A DNA stretch of 64,000 nucleotides from Thermoplasmatota archaeon (GTDB lineage: Archaea > Thermoplasmatota > E2 > JACPAO01 > JAHFTW01). The notes beneath the pieces were generated by a model. It did not search any database. It was not told the origin of the DNA and saw only the letters and a list, made by a program, of their open reading frames with translations. The stretch covers positions 1 to 64,000 of the forward strand of contig JBFIHX010000004.1 of the NCBI GenBank assembly GCA_041601615.1. Direction: 5' to 3'. This document shows, one piece after another, positions 1-8,955 of the stretch. Numbering within the stretch: position 1 is the stretch's first letter; every line of letters starts with the position of its first letter. The position numbers and the translations under genes were made by a program.

Positions 1-83
1 CGAGATACGCTTTGATGTACGAGGTTCCAGTCGAGGTCATTGGTCGTCACTTCCGATTCGACGCCCCAAAGACCCACTGCCAT
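1..83 (-). CDS. 5' fragment of an unidentified protein running off the window edge (MAVGLWGVESEVTTNDLDW...)
   Basis: ATG at 81-83 (minus), open frame to position 1, co-oriented with the GPN GTPase gene upstream. Confidence 0.4.
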   Translation of the reverse strand, partial: MAVGLWGVESEVTTNDLDWNLVHQSVS

Positions 84-102
84 GATACGGACCACCCACC
101 CA

Positions 103-142
103 TTACCCCCCGGATAACCAGGGGGTAACTCGGATTACCCCC
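103..142. promoter_or_regulatory. three alternating copies of TTACCCCC/GGGGGTAA (candidate operator)
   Basis: ttaccccc 103-110, gggggtaa 121-128, ttaccccc 135-142 in the intergenic gap. Confidence 0.35.
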
Positions 143-195
143 GAACGCCGCCGTCCTCCGGACGACGACCTGGGGCGCACCCCCGCAAAAGAGGC

Positions 196-1008
196 CTAGC
201 CTTCCTTCCCTTCTTCCTGACCCTGTCCCAGGAACGTATCATACTCGGGCGTCGAGTCCTCGGACTCGCCGACCGCCGATTGGATCTGCACGTACAGGTC
301 CTCGATGCCGAGGCCGTCGGCGGCACTGGTGGGGATGACCATCAGCTCGTGGCTCATGGACTCCAAGAGGCGAGCGACGAGGGCGGCCAGCTCTCGGTTC
401 ATGCTGGGCTCGTCGCGCATGACATCGGTTTCGAGTGCTTCGGGGTCGGCGGCCCATTTCTGGATGGTTTCGAGCACGTCTTCTTCGAGCACGTCGGCTT
501 TGCTCAGGACCGTGATCATGGGCTCGTTGAATCGAAATTGCGTGGTGGCGGCGAGCATGAGTTGGCTGGCGAATCCACTTGCGGTGCGGGCCAGGAATGG
601 ATCGAGCAGGTAGACGATGACGCTCTTGCCGGGCGCGATACTTTCGACGATGTGCTTGCCTGCGGCGCGGAACACGAACAGTTCCACTTGGCCGGGGGTG
701 TCGATGAAGGTGATGTCGGCGCGGTAGGAGCCGATTTCTTCCTCGGTATCGGTGAGGTCTAGGGCAATCATGTCTGCGGCGGCCACTTGGGCGCCGTTGG
801 GTCCGAGGCCGTGCTCTTCCATGATGTCGCTGAGGCGAACGGTTTCACGGATGTCGATGTCGGGTTCGTAGGGGAGTTTCTCGGCACCGGGGTCGAGGTT
901 GACCAGGAGGGTGCTGAGGCCGCTCTTTTTTGCCCAGCGGTCGAACGCGGCGACCAGGGTGCTCTTTCCGGCGCCGGCGGTGCCGACGAAGTATACGGTT
1001 GCGTCCAT
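196..1008 (-). CDS. GPN-loop GTPase
   Basis: GTAGAGKST P-loop, NLDPG, GLGPNG (GPN loop), DTPGQVELF, SKAD. Confidence 0.93.
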   Translation of the reverse strand: MDATVYFVGTAGAGKSTLVAAFDRWAKKSGLSTLLVNLDPGAEKLPYEPDIDIRETVRLSDIMEEHGLGPNGAQVAAADMIALDLTDTEEEIGSYRADITFIDTPGQVELFVFRAAGKHIVESIAPGKSVIVYLLDPFLARTASGFASQLMLAATTQFRFNEPMITVLSKADVLEEDVLETIQKWAADPEALETDVMRDEPSMNRELAALVARLLESMSHELMVIPTSAADGLGIEDLYVQIQSAVGESEDSTPEYDTFLGQGQEEGKEG

Positions 1009-1010
1009 GT

Positions 1011-2348
1011 TCAGGCCTCTTTGGCAAGGATTCGTTGCATGTTGCGGATGCGCCGTTCGATGACGGGTGCGGTGCCGATGTCGTGGCGCACGAACAAATC
1101 GCCGTGGACGTGCTCTAGGGCTTTCTCGGCCATTTGTTCCGCTTCGGCGATGGTTTCGCCTTCTCCGAGGACCGCGAGGGTGCGGCTGCTAAGGGTGCGT
1201 AGGCTGCCTTCTTTCTCTTCGATGCTGGCGTAGAAGATGGTGGCGCCGAGCGCTTCGATGGCCTCTTCGTCGACTGTGACGGGGGTGCCGGCGCGGGGGG
1301 TGCCGTCGCCGTAGCCGATGGGAACGGCGTACTTGACGACGGTCGCGTTGGGCCGGAAGGAGATTTTTCGCGACTCAAGGTTGCCTTCGACCATGCTTTG
1401 CAGCAGCATGACGTAGTCGGTCTCCAGGAGGCTCAGGACGTTCATGGCTTCGGGGTCGCCAAAGCGTGCGTTGACCTCGATGACCTTGGGGCCGTTGGCG
1501 GTGAGCATGAATTGGCCGTAGATGGCGCCGACGTAGGTGCTGTCTGCGGCTGCGAGGGCGTCCACGAGGGCTTGGAGGATTTCTAGGGCGTCGTCGTATT
1601 CGCTTTGGGTTAGGAAGGGCAGGAGGCCGTCGCATTGGCTGTAGCTGCCCATGCCGCCGGTGTTGGGCCCTTCGTCGCCTTCGCGCAGGCGTTTGTGGTC
1701 TTGGACGGCCACCATGGGCAAGACGGCGTCGCCGTCCGTGAATGCCATGAGTGTGAATTCTTCGCCGCGTGCAAGTTCCTCGAATTGGAGCGCTCCGCCG
1801 CCTGTGCCCTTGGCAAACACTTCGCGGACGTATTGCTTGGCGCCTTCGACGTCGTCGAAGTGGTCGCCGTGGACTTGGACTCCTTTGCCGCCGGTGAGGC
1901 CCACGGGTTTGATGGCCCAGACCGCTCCGTGTTCGTCGAGGAACGCTTCGGCGGCGTCTTGGTCGGTGAAGCGGTGGTGTGCGAGGCGGCCGGGTACGTC
2001 GTATTTGGCCATGAGTTCACGCATCCAGGTCTTGTCGGTCTCGATGCGGGCGGCGGCCTTGGTGGGGCTGGCGCAAGGGATGCCTGCTGCTGCGAGTGCG
2101 TCGCAGAGGCCCAGTTCTTCGGGTGCTTCGGGACCGACGACGGCGATGTCGGCCTCGGCTTCGACTGCGTAGGCGACGACGGCTTGGATGTCGGTCTCAG
2201 CGCAGAGGTGCACGTCGGTGGCGAGGCGGGCGATGCCGGGGTTGCGGTGTTTCATCACCACGATCAATTCGGCGTCTTCGCTGCGCTTGATGGCACGGGC
2301 CATGGCGTGTTCGCGGGCGCCTCCGCCGACAAGCAGTACCCGCGTCAA
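1011..2348 (-). CDS. purD: phosphoribosylamine--glycine ligase
   Basis: VGGGAREHA, VVGPEAP, GPNTGGMGSYS, EVNARFGDPE. Confidence 0.96.
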   Translation of the reverse strand: MTRVLLVGGGAREHAMARAIKRSEDAELIVVMKHRNPGIARLATDVHLCAETDIQAVVAYAVEAEADIAVVGPEAPEELGLCDALAAAGIPCASPTKAAARIETDKTWMRELMAKYDVPGRLAHHRFTDQDAAEAFLDEHGAVWAIKPVGLTGGKGVQVHGDHFDDVEGAKQYVREVFAKGTGGGALQFEELARGEEFTLMAFTDGDAVLPMVAVQDHKRLREGDEGPNTGGMGSYSQCDGLLPFLTQSEYDDALEILQALVDALAAADSTYVGAIYGQFMLTANGPKVIEVNARFGDPEAMNVLSLLETDYVMLLQSMVEGNLESRKISFRPNATVVKYAVPIGYGDGTPRAGTPVTVDEEAIEALGATIFYASIEEKEGSLRTLSSRTLAVLGEGETIAEAEQMAEKALEHVHGDLFVRHDIGTAPVIERRIRNMQRILAKEA

Positions 2349-2917
2349 GCAGAGTCCTCCGCATCGGCGGCTGCGAGGGCTGCCCTGGCTTCGGGTGTCT
2401 GGAGTAGTTCGCTGGCGCGGGCAAGCGGTAGGAGCGTGATGTCAACGGCGGCAAGTTTCGCGGCTCCACCGGATTCGCGGTCGACGACGACGCTTGCGTG
2501 GGTGACGATGGCGCCGGCGTCGCGAAGGACTTGGACGCATTCGACGGTGCTGCCGGCGGTGGTGGTGACATCTTCTACCACGAAGACGCGCAGGCCTGTG
2601 GGGTCGCGGCCTTCGATCCGTTTGCCGGTGCCGTGGCCTTTGGGTGCTTTGCGCACTACTAGGAGGGGCAGGTCGGTGACAAGGCACACGGCGGTGGCAA
2701 TGGGCACGGCGCCAAGTTCCATGCCGGCGACGGCGTCGAAGGGGCCGTGTTTGGCTGCAAGGGCCGCCATTTCTTCGGCAATCGGCCGCAGGACCTTGGG
2801 GTCGGTGGTGGCTGCTTTCACATCCACATAGTACGGTGATTGGGCACCGGAGGTGAGCGTGAAGCGACCGAAGCGAACGGCGCCGCACCCAAGCAGGTGC
2901 GAGGCGATGGAGGCCAT
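2345..2917 (-). CDS. pyrE: orotate phosphoribosyltransferase
   Basis: FTLTSGAQSPYYVD, VRKAPKGHG, PRPP-binding VVEDVTTTAGS; start moved to ATG 2917. Confidence 0.94.
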   Translation of the reverse strand: MASIASHLLGCGAVRFGRFTLTSGAQSPYYVDVKAATTDPKVLRPIAEEMAALAAKHGPFDAVAGMELGAVPIATAVCLVTDLPLLVVRKAPKGHGTGKRIEGRDPTGLRVFVVEDVTTTAGSTVECVQVLRDAGAIVTHASVVVDRESGGAAKLAAVDITLLPLARASELLQTPEARAALAAADAEDSA

Positions 2918-3043
2918 CAAAGCGGCCGACAAATCAGTGATATAAGAGGGTAAGGGGGACGTGAAACCATTCGGCGTGGAGCCTCATAGAGAGGCTGGCA
3001 GCACGGAATGGGTTGGAAGGAGGGTCGCGGGGTGCGATGTGCT

Positions 3044-3817
3044 TCAGATGTCGCCAGCGTCGTAGACGAAATCGATAAGCAAGCCGCCACAGGCGTTGAT
3101 GTACACCGTGTCCGCCGCTTCAGGTACCACACCTGTGAGGGTTGGACCGCCTCCGGTGACGAGTCCGGTGGGGCTGCCGCTGTTCCAGAAGTGGACGCTG
3201 TATCCGTCGGTGGGGCCGATGGCCGCGTAGGTGATGGTGAACGGCTTTCCTAGTGTTTCAGGATCGGGTGTCGCCCGGTAGAAGGGGCCTGTGTGCAGAT
3301 TGTTCAGGTAGGCGTTGTTGATGCAGCCGTTGCCGCCGAAGTCGAAGGCACCTTCGATGTGTTGAATGTACGCGGGTGCTGCATCCATGGTGGCGTTCAC
3401 GGTCACGAGGAGCGTCTGGATGGTTTCGTTCGTGCCGTCGCTGACGGTGAAGGTTGCGGTCCAGTTGCCGGCCATGTAGGTGGCGTTCACAGTGGCGGGC
3501 AGTGCCGTGCCTTCCGTGGTGTTGCCTTCTCCGTGGTCGAAGCTCCAGGTGAGGTTGTCGCCGTCGGCGTCCGTGGCGTCGAGGGCGAAGGTGACGTTTA
3601 GGGGGGCTGTGCCGTTGAAGGCAGACGCTAGGAGGGTTGCCACGGGCGCGGTGTTGGTGACGTTTGTCACGGGCTCCATGGTTTCGTTGGTGCCATCCGT
3701 GGGTTCCTGTTGTACGGAATCCACTTCCTCTACTGGCGGATCGTCGCCGACGCACCCAGATAGGAATGCCAGTACGAAAACGGAGAGGATTGCTAGGGGT
3801 ACGCGTCGCGTGTGCAC
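3044..3817 (-). CDS. PKD-domain lipoprotein (paralog 1)
   Basis: lipobox LSGC, PKD-like APLNVTF..DADGDNLTWSFDHGEG; start probably GTG 3817. Confidence 0.75.
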   Translation of the reverse strand: MHTRRVPLAILSVFVLAFLSGCVGDDPPVEEVDSVQQEPTDGTNETMEPVTNVTNTAPVATLLASAFNGTAPLNVTFALDATDADGDNLTWSFDHGEGNTTEGTALPATVNATYMAGNWTATFTVSDGTNETIQTLLVTVNATMDAAPAYIQHIEGAFDFGGNGCINNAYLNNLHTGPFYRATPDPETLGKPFTITYAAIGPTDGYSVHFWNSGSPTGLVTGGGPTLTGVVPEAADTVYINACGGLLIDFVYDAGDI

Positions 3818-3879
3818 GCGAGAGACCAAACCTGCGAGTTTATGGTCGTTGTGTGGCACCAGACGACTTTGGTTTGTGC

Positions 3880-4665
3880 TTATTCGATGACGAGGACGGC
3901 GGTGACGACGGGGTCCACGATGTCCCACAGGACGGCGCATCCGGCGCCTTCGGGGACGGTGCCGGTTTCGATACCGAAGCCGATTCGGCCCTTGCCGGTG
4001 CAGTCTGGGTAGAAGTCCACGGCGGGCAGGAAGGTGCCGGAGGCAACGAACGTGTGTCCGGCGGCATCGGCGGGCAGTTCCCAGAAGGCACAGTCGAGGC
4101 CGTTGTCATCGGTGAGTACGGCGAGACAGGTCGAGTCTTGGGTGACGTCCGTGGCAAGACAGTGGGGGCAGGACAGCAGGATGTTCATGCTGAAGGTGAG
4201 GGGGAATTCAGACCCGCCCGTGGCTGCTGCGGCTGCTTCGGAGACGGTGACGAGCAGTTGTTCGACTGTGTCGTTCATGCCGTCACTGACCGTGAAGGTG
4301 GTTGTCCAGTTGCCGGCGAGGTAGGTGACGTTCACGGTCGCAGGTAGGGTGTCTCCTGTGGTGCTGTTGCCGTTGCCGTCGTCGAAGACCCAGGTGAGGT
4401 TGTCGCCGTCTGGGTCGCTTCCATCGAGCGTGAACGTGATGTTCAGGGGTGCCGTGCCGTTGCTCACCGTGGCAATGAGGGACGCGACGGGCGCCGCGTT
4501 GGTTCCATTCGTGGTCTCGATGGTCTCGTTGAGCGCCGGGGCCGTGGTCTCATTCGTGCCGTCCGTGGTCTCCAGTGCAGCGGTTGGAGGAGCGGTTTCG
4601 TCTCCAAAGCACCCAGATAGTAGGACTCCGACGAGAAGGAGCGCACTTAGGCTGGCCGTGTTCAT
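3880..4665 (-). CDS. PKD-domain lipoprotein (paralog 2)
   Basis: lipobox LSGC, PKD-like APLNITF..DPDGDNLTWVFDDGNG, Cys-rich C-terminal domain (CPHC). Confidence 0.78.
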   Translation of the reverse strand: MNTASLSALLLVGVLLSGCFGDETAPPTAALETTDGTNETTAPALNETIETTNGTNAAPVASLIATVSNGTAPLNITFTLDGSDPDGDNLTWVFDDGNGNSTTGDTLPATVNVTYLAGNWTTTFTVSDGMNDTVEQLLVTVSEAAAAATGGSEFPLTFSMNILLSCPHCLATDVTQDSTCLAVLTDDNGLDCAFWELPADAAGHTFVASGTFLPAVDFYPDCTGKGRIGFGIETGTVPEGAGCAVLWDIVDPVVTAVLVIE

Positions 4666-4725
4666 AGGTTCGAATGATTACTGGCTGGTTAAGGGTCTTG
4701 CGTGCCGCGAGGTGCTCGCGGATGC

Positions 4726-5502
4726 CTACAAGCTGTCGTCGGGGTGGTACAGGGTCAGGGTGAATTCGTCCGGCACTACGGGCGTAGAGGGGCACACCGC
4801 GACGTTGTCGGCGCCTTCAGGGATGATGCCGTCTGGTCCAAGGTCTCCGGCGCCGCTGTCGCCGGCCCACCATTCGGTGATGAGGTCCGAAACTCCGGTG
4901 CTGCTTTCGGCGTGGAATTTCCAGACTCCGGAGAGGGCCACATCGAAGTAAAAGTAGGCTTCTAGGCCGAGAACCAGGCATCCGAGCATCGGGTTGAAGG
5001 TCAATCCGCTCCAGACGATGCGGTCGGGGTAGGTGACGGCTGCGGGTACTTCAGCGCCGGCTCCAACGGTGATGAGCAGGGTTTGTACGGTCTGGTTCGT
5101 GCCGTCGTTGACCGTGAGTGTTGCGGTCCAGTTGCCGGCCATGTAGGTGGCGTTGACGGAGGCGGGCAAGGTGTCACCCGTGGTGCTGTTGCCGTTGCCA
5201 TCGTCGAAGCTCCAGGTGAGGTTGTCGCCGTCGGCATCACTGCCGTCGAGGGCGAAGGAGACGTTGAGGGGCGCCGTGCCGTTGGTCTCGGTGGCAATCA
5301 GGGACGCAACGGGAGGCGTGTTGGCGGGCGCCGTGGTGTTGCTGGGCGCTTCCGTCTGGTTGGTTTGCGTGGTCTGGACGGGGTCGACGACGGAGGGTTC
5401 GGAGGTTTTCTCCTCCCATTCTGCCGTTTTGGGTTCGTCGCTCGTACAGCCGGCGAGTGTGGTCGCCAGTAAGAGGGCAAGTACCAGGAGCGGGGTGCGC
5501 AT
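4726..5502 (-). CDS. PKD-domain lipoprotein (paralog 3)
   Basis: lipobox LAGC, PKD-like module nearly identical to paralogs 1 and 2. Confidence 0.78.
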   Translation of the reverse strand: MRTPLLVLALLLATTLAGCTSDEPKTAEWEEKTSEPSVVDPVQTTQTNQTEAPSNTTAPANTPPVASLIATETNGTAPLNVSFALDGSDADGDNLTWSFDDGNGNSTTGDTLPASVNATYMAGNWTATLTVNDGTNQTVQTLLITVGAGAEVPAAVTYPDRIVWSGLTFNPMLGCLVLGLEAYFYFDVALSGVWKFHAESSTGVSDLITEWWAGDSGAGDLGPDGIIPEGADNVAVCPSTPVVPDEFTLTLYHPDDSL

Positions 5503-5706
5503 GGGCGGCCACGAGAACTCCAAGGATATGGCCCTTGTGTGCTATTGGGCCGATTCTAGAGTTGAGTTCAACATGCTAGAGACGCCTCAATTATTCAATT
5601 GAATTTCTCCTACGCCCAATAAAAGAGATCGATTGCAGAAAACACAAATTCATCATGCATAGAAAGTGGAAAAAGTGGGATGAGCTTACATCGCTCCAGT
5701 TCGAAG

Positions 5707-6636
5707 CTATTCGAAGGTAGCAGTGACGGTGTAGTCCATGGGAGGACTGGCGTAGTTCAGCACCTGGACCGTCCATGCGCCCGCCATGAGGCCGGCTGGG
5801 TTGGAGACGTGCAAGTCGCCCTCCGGTTCGATGCCTTGCACGGAGTAGGTCTCTTGTGCGTTCGCCTCGGCGCCAGTGGGGTCCAGCAAGTAGAGATCCA
5901 CGTCGCCGCCGAATCCGCTTACGTTGACGGTGATGCTTGTGTGGCAGGGGCCGAGCTCAAAGACGTGTTCACCCACTTCGCCCTGAAGGGTGACGGAGCC
6001 ATCCTCCACGAAGGGCTCCTGGGGGCCGGCAAAGTTGGCGCAGGGGTCTTCGATGGCTTCTACGGGTGCAACCATGAGAACTTCGGTGACCCTGGAGGTC
6101 TCGAAGCCGGCAGCGCTCACGGAGGCCAGGACTTCGAAGGTGCCGTTGCCGGGCACGGTGAAGTTGCCCACGGCCGGAAGCCCGGTGCCGTTGAGCACTA
6201 GAACCGGTTCGGGACTGGGCTCGGTGGTTCCATTTTCCGTGGCAGTGGTGACGGTCGCATTGCTACCTTCGGAGTTGGCGGTCGTGTTGCCGCTCTCGCC
6301 GCCGGTCGCGTTGCCGGTTGCGTTGCCGGTTGCGTTGCCGGTTGCGTCGTCCACAATGATCGTGGCGCTTGGGACGATCAGAATCGTCCAGGTCGCGTTG
6401 GCCACATCTAGAGTGTCGCTCGGGCTGCCGCTGACCCCATTGAGGGTGAAGCCGACGGGGGCGCCCTCTTGGACTTCATTCGAGTCTAGGAGGAACTGGA
6501 CTGCGATGCGCGGACCGCGCTCGTCGTTGGAATCAAAGGCACCCTCGACTTCATCGGCGCCCGGCACGCTTGCGCAGCCGGAAAGGGAGATTGCGAGAAT
6601 GAGAGCCATTGCAAGGCTCATTTTGGTACCCACCAT
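5707..6636 (-). CDS. secreted lipoprotein with C-terminal PPC-like beta-sandwich
   Basis: LSGC lipobox; GNAT repeats; DVDLYLLDPTG...GAWTVQV..Y pre-peptidase C-terminal-like motif. Confidence 0.65.
   Translation of the reverse strand: MVGTKMSLAMALILAISLSGCASVPGADEVEGAFDSNDERGPRIAVQFLLDSNEVQEGAPVGFTLNGVSGSPSDTLDVANATWTILIVPSATIIVDDATGNATGNATGNATGGESGNTTANSEGSNATVTTATENGTTEPSPEPVLVLNGTGLPAVGNFTVPGNGTFEVLASVSAAGFETSRVTEVLMVAPVEAIEDPCANFAGPQEPFVEDGSVTLQGEVGEHVFELGPCHTSITVNVSGFGGDVDLYLLDPTGAEANAQETYSVQGIEPEGDLHVSNPAGLMAGAWTVQVLNYASPPMDYTVTATFE
6308..6343. repeat. 12-bp tandem repeat x3 (gcgttgccggtt) encoding GNAT glycosylation sequons
   Basis: direct reading of the sequence. Confidence 0.8.
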
Positions 6637-6674
6637 ATTGGCCCAGAACCATCGCCTCGTAAGGCCTTTGCCGA

Positions 6675-6908
6675 CTACAACGTGCGCATGGCAGCATCAA
6701 GCAGACGCAGAAGACTGTTGGTGGCAGCCCGCAGGCCACTGACGGAATCGGCTTCCAGTTCGGCCTCAATCGTGGTGCCCGTGACTGCAAGGGAGGCAGT
6801 GCTCCCCTCAGGTCCGTCGGCGACCTCCAAGGCAAGTGCCGTAGCAGCCGCTCGGGCGCTGGAGGAATCAGAAAGGTGAAAGGTGAAGGAGGCGCGGTGC
6901 GCCGGCAT
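6675..6908 (-). CDS. pcc1: KEOPS complex subunit Pcc1
   Basis: 77 aa, ADSVSGLRAATNSLLRLL motif, position after rpoP in the superoperon. Confidence 0.85.
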   Translation of the reverse strand: MPAHRASFTFHLSDSSSARAAATALALEVADGPEGSTASLAVTGTTIEAELEADSVSGLRAATNSLLRLLDAAMRTL

Positions 6909-6923
6909 GCAATGGCCCCTCGT

Positions 6924-7061
6924 CTACTCAGCCTTGATGGGCTTTGCGACAGGCGGGCGCTCCTTGTAGAAGATCTTGGAGCCGCAGTAGGGGCAACGGA
7001 TGCCGATGTTTTGCGCGTTGAACTCGACGCGCTTCTTGCAGACTCCGCACTTGTACGCCAT
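6924..7061 (-). CDS. rpoP: DNA-directed RNA polymerase subunit P (Rpo12), 45 aa, below the ORF-track cutoff
   Basis: manual translation MAYKCGVCKKRVEFNAQNIGIRCPYCGSKIFYKERPPVAKPIKAE; two CxxC. Confidence 0.93.
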   Translation of the reverse strand: MAYKCGVCKKRVEFNAQNIGIRCPYCGSKIFYKERPPVAKPIKAE

Positions 7062-7063
7062 GC

Positions 7064-7363
7064 CTATGCCTCTTCCTCAGCGGCGTTTCGAACGAGCTTG
7101 TCGTTGATACCGCGAAGGGCTTTGGTGGCGCCGCGACCGGCACCAGTGGTAGGGATGTAGGCGCCGCCGGCGAACTCGTCGCCGCACTTGCGGCATCCCC
7201 AGATGCCAGTAGAGATGCGGGTCACGTTCTGCGCTCCGCACTGGGTGCAGACGTGCTTGGCGCGTTGGACGCGCTCAACCGTTGCGACCTGTTTGCGGGC
7301 GAGGGAACCGTAGCGGGCGCCGAGGCGACCCGCGGGTCCGAGCTTTTTGGTGGACGCGACCAT
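7064..7363 (-). CDS. rpl37ae: 50S ribosomal protein L37Ae (eL43)
   Basis: [15 protein letters not shown]...[14 protein letters not shown]; ATG at 7363. Confidence 0.95.
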   Translation of the reverse strand: MVASTKKLGPAGRLGARYGSLARKQVATVERVQRAKHVCTQCGAQNVTRISTGIWGCRKCGDEFAGGAYIPTTGAGRGATKALRGINDKLVRNAAEEEA

Positions 7364-7557
7364 GATATTTCGTCTCCTAACCAGACGACCTAGGGCCGCC
7401 TGTTGGTGCAGGGGCGGCGAGGTCGATTTCGATTTAAGCATTTGGGGGAGCAAAGCATGGAACGGCAGTGGATTCGGGGAGGACTCTCCCACGAGTTCGG
7501 CCCATATTGAAGCCACAAAATGAGAAAGGGAAAAGGTGGAGTGGAAGGCTTGGGCCC

Positions 7558-7971
7558 CTAGAGCTTGGTGACTTCGCACTCGTAGGAGTGGTCGCCCACG
7601 GAGAATTTGCCCTTGCCATTCCAGTCCTTGTCGACGGCGAAGCTGATGGTGCACGGGGCAAGGTAGGTGCCAATGCGGGGAGGTGCCGACGAGACGGTAG
7701 CCTGGCCCGTGGCAGCACCCACCCGTTCGAAATCGCCGAGTCCGGTGCTGTGTTCATGCCCGGAGACCACGGCATGGAAGGTTGGTGGGGATTGCGTTCC
7801 AGCCATCAGCGTCCCTTCGGCTGTGCCGTTGATTGCGCCGCTTGCCGCTTCCACGGTCATTTCGAGATTCAGGGAACCGGCGCCCACCATGGGGCTGGAG
7901 AATCTGAGTTTGACCAGATAGAGGTCTTCTTTGGTGGTTGCGTGGATTTCTTGTTGTACCATGTGGATCAC
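7558..7971 (-). CDS. DUF1842-like beta-rich protein
   Basis: [20 protein letters not shown]...PP...DKDWNGKG resembles the DUF1842 pattern as recalled. Confidence 0.5.
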   Translation of the reverse strand: MIHMVQQEIHATTKEDLYLVKLRFSSPMVGAGSLNLEMTVEAASGAINGTAEGTLMAGTQSPPTFHAVVSGHEHSTGLGDFERVGAATGQATVSSAPPRIGTYLAPCTISFAVDKDWNGKGKFSVGDHSYECEVTKL

Positions 7972-8207
7972 TTGGTTGGACCAACAGGGGTGAAGCGCCG
8001 ACTTTCTGCATTGTCAAACTTCATCCGATTTTGGGGCAATTGCTTGCAACCCCACGGAATCTTTCACCCGCCGGTGGTAGCTATGGCCAGCAAATCCCCA
8101 ATTTAGGTGTATGTTGAATGATTGGCGAATGTGGAATCGGACCCTTCCTTCCGCCCCCCTTATGCGATCCCGCTTAAGCCGCTGCACCCAGAATCAGGAT
8201 GTGCGGT

Positions 8208-8582
8208 TCAGCGCTTATCGTCGCCAGGAAGGGGGCGTATGTCGGGGCGGGTGACGAGGTAGAGTTCGCGTGCCACCATGCTGGCAAACAGGTATCCGAC
8301 GAGCACAGCGCCGATGCGGATGTAGATGACGACGCCTTCTGCAGGCATGGGCCAGTAGAACATGGCCTGCACATCTCCGATGATGACGCCTCCGATGATC
8401 ACGCCGAGGTAGTAGGTGAAGATCGCCCAGACGAGGAATCTCAGGTTGCGTGCGGCCTTGCGGAAATGGCCGAAGGCTTCTGCCTCAAACGTGCGCACGA
8501 GGTGGTCGACGCGGATGGAGAGGTAGAGGGGCGCAGCTAGCCACACAACGGCTACGATGGACCAGAACCAGTGCACGCCCAC
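8208..8582 (-). CDS. small membrane protein (about 3 TM)
   Basis: three hydrophobic segments. Confidence 0.55.
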   Translation of the reverse strand: MGVHWFWSIVAVVWLAAPLYLSIRVDHLVRTFEAEAFGHFRKAARNLRFLVWAIFTYYLGVIIGGVIIGDVQAMFYWPMPAEGVVIYIRIGAVLVGYLFASMVARELYLVTRPDIRPLPGDDKR

Positions 8583-8955
8583 AAGGTCGACCTGCGTTGT
8601 ACTGATTCAAGTCTTCCGAAGTTCAGCCGACAGGAGGGAGCCATTATTTTATAAGAATTGGTCATAAAAATATCAGGGTTTGGGTGACCGCCCCATTGTT
8701 GCTTGCCGAGGCCGCTTGCTCGTTGTGTTTGGCCCATTTTATTGGCGAACCACACAGTTTACTGAATTTGGTTTTCTCCCGCAGTTTTCGGGATGTCCAA
8801 AATTCGCAGAAATCACAGTGGACCTCACCCTCCATGTGGGCGATAAACCATGGATATACCCCAAATTTAGTGGGTTTCGACCAGGCCGCGAAAAAGTGAT
8901 GGGCCCGAGGCAAGAGAAAGAGGAAGGAAAAGGGAAGCCGGCAACGGCTTTGAAA

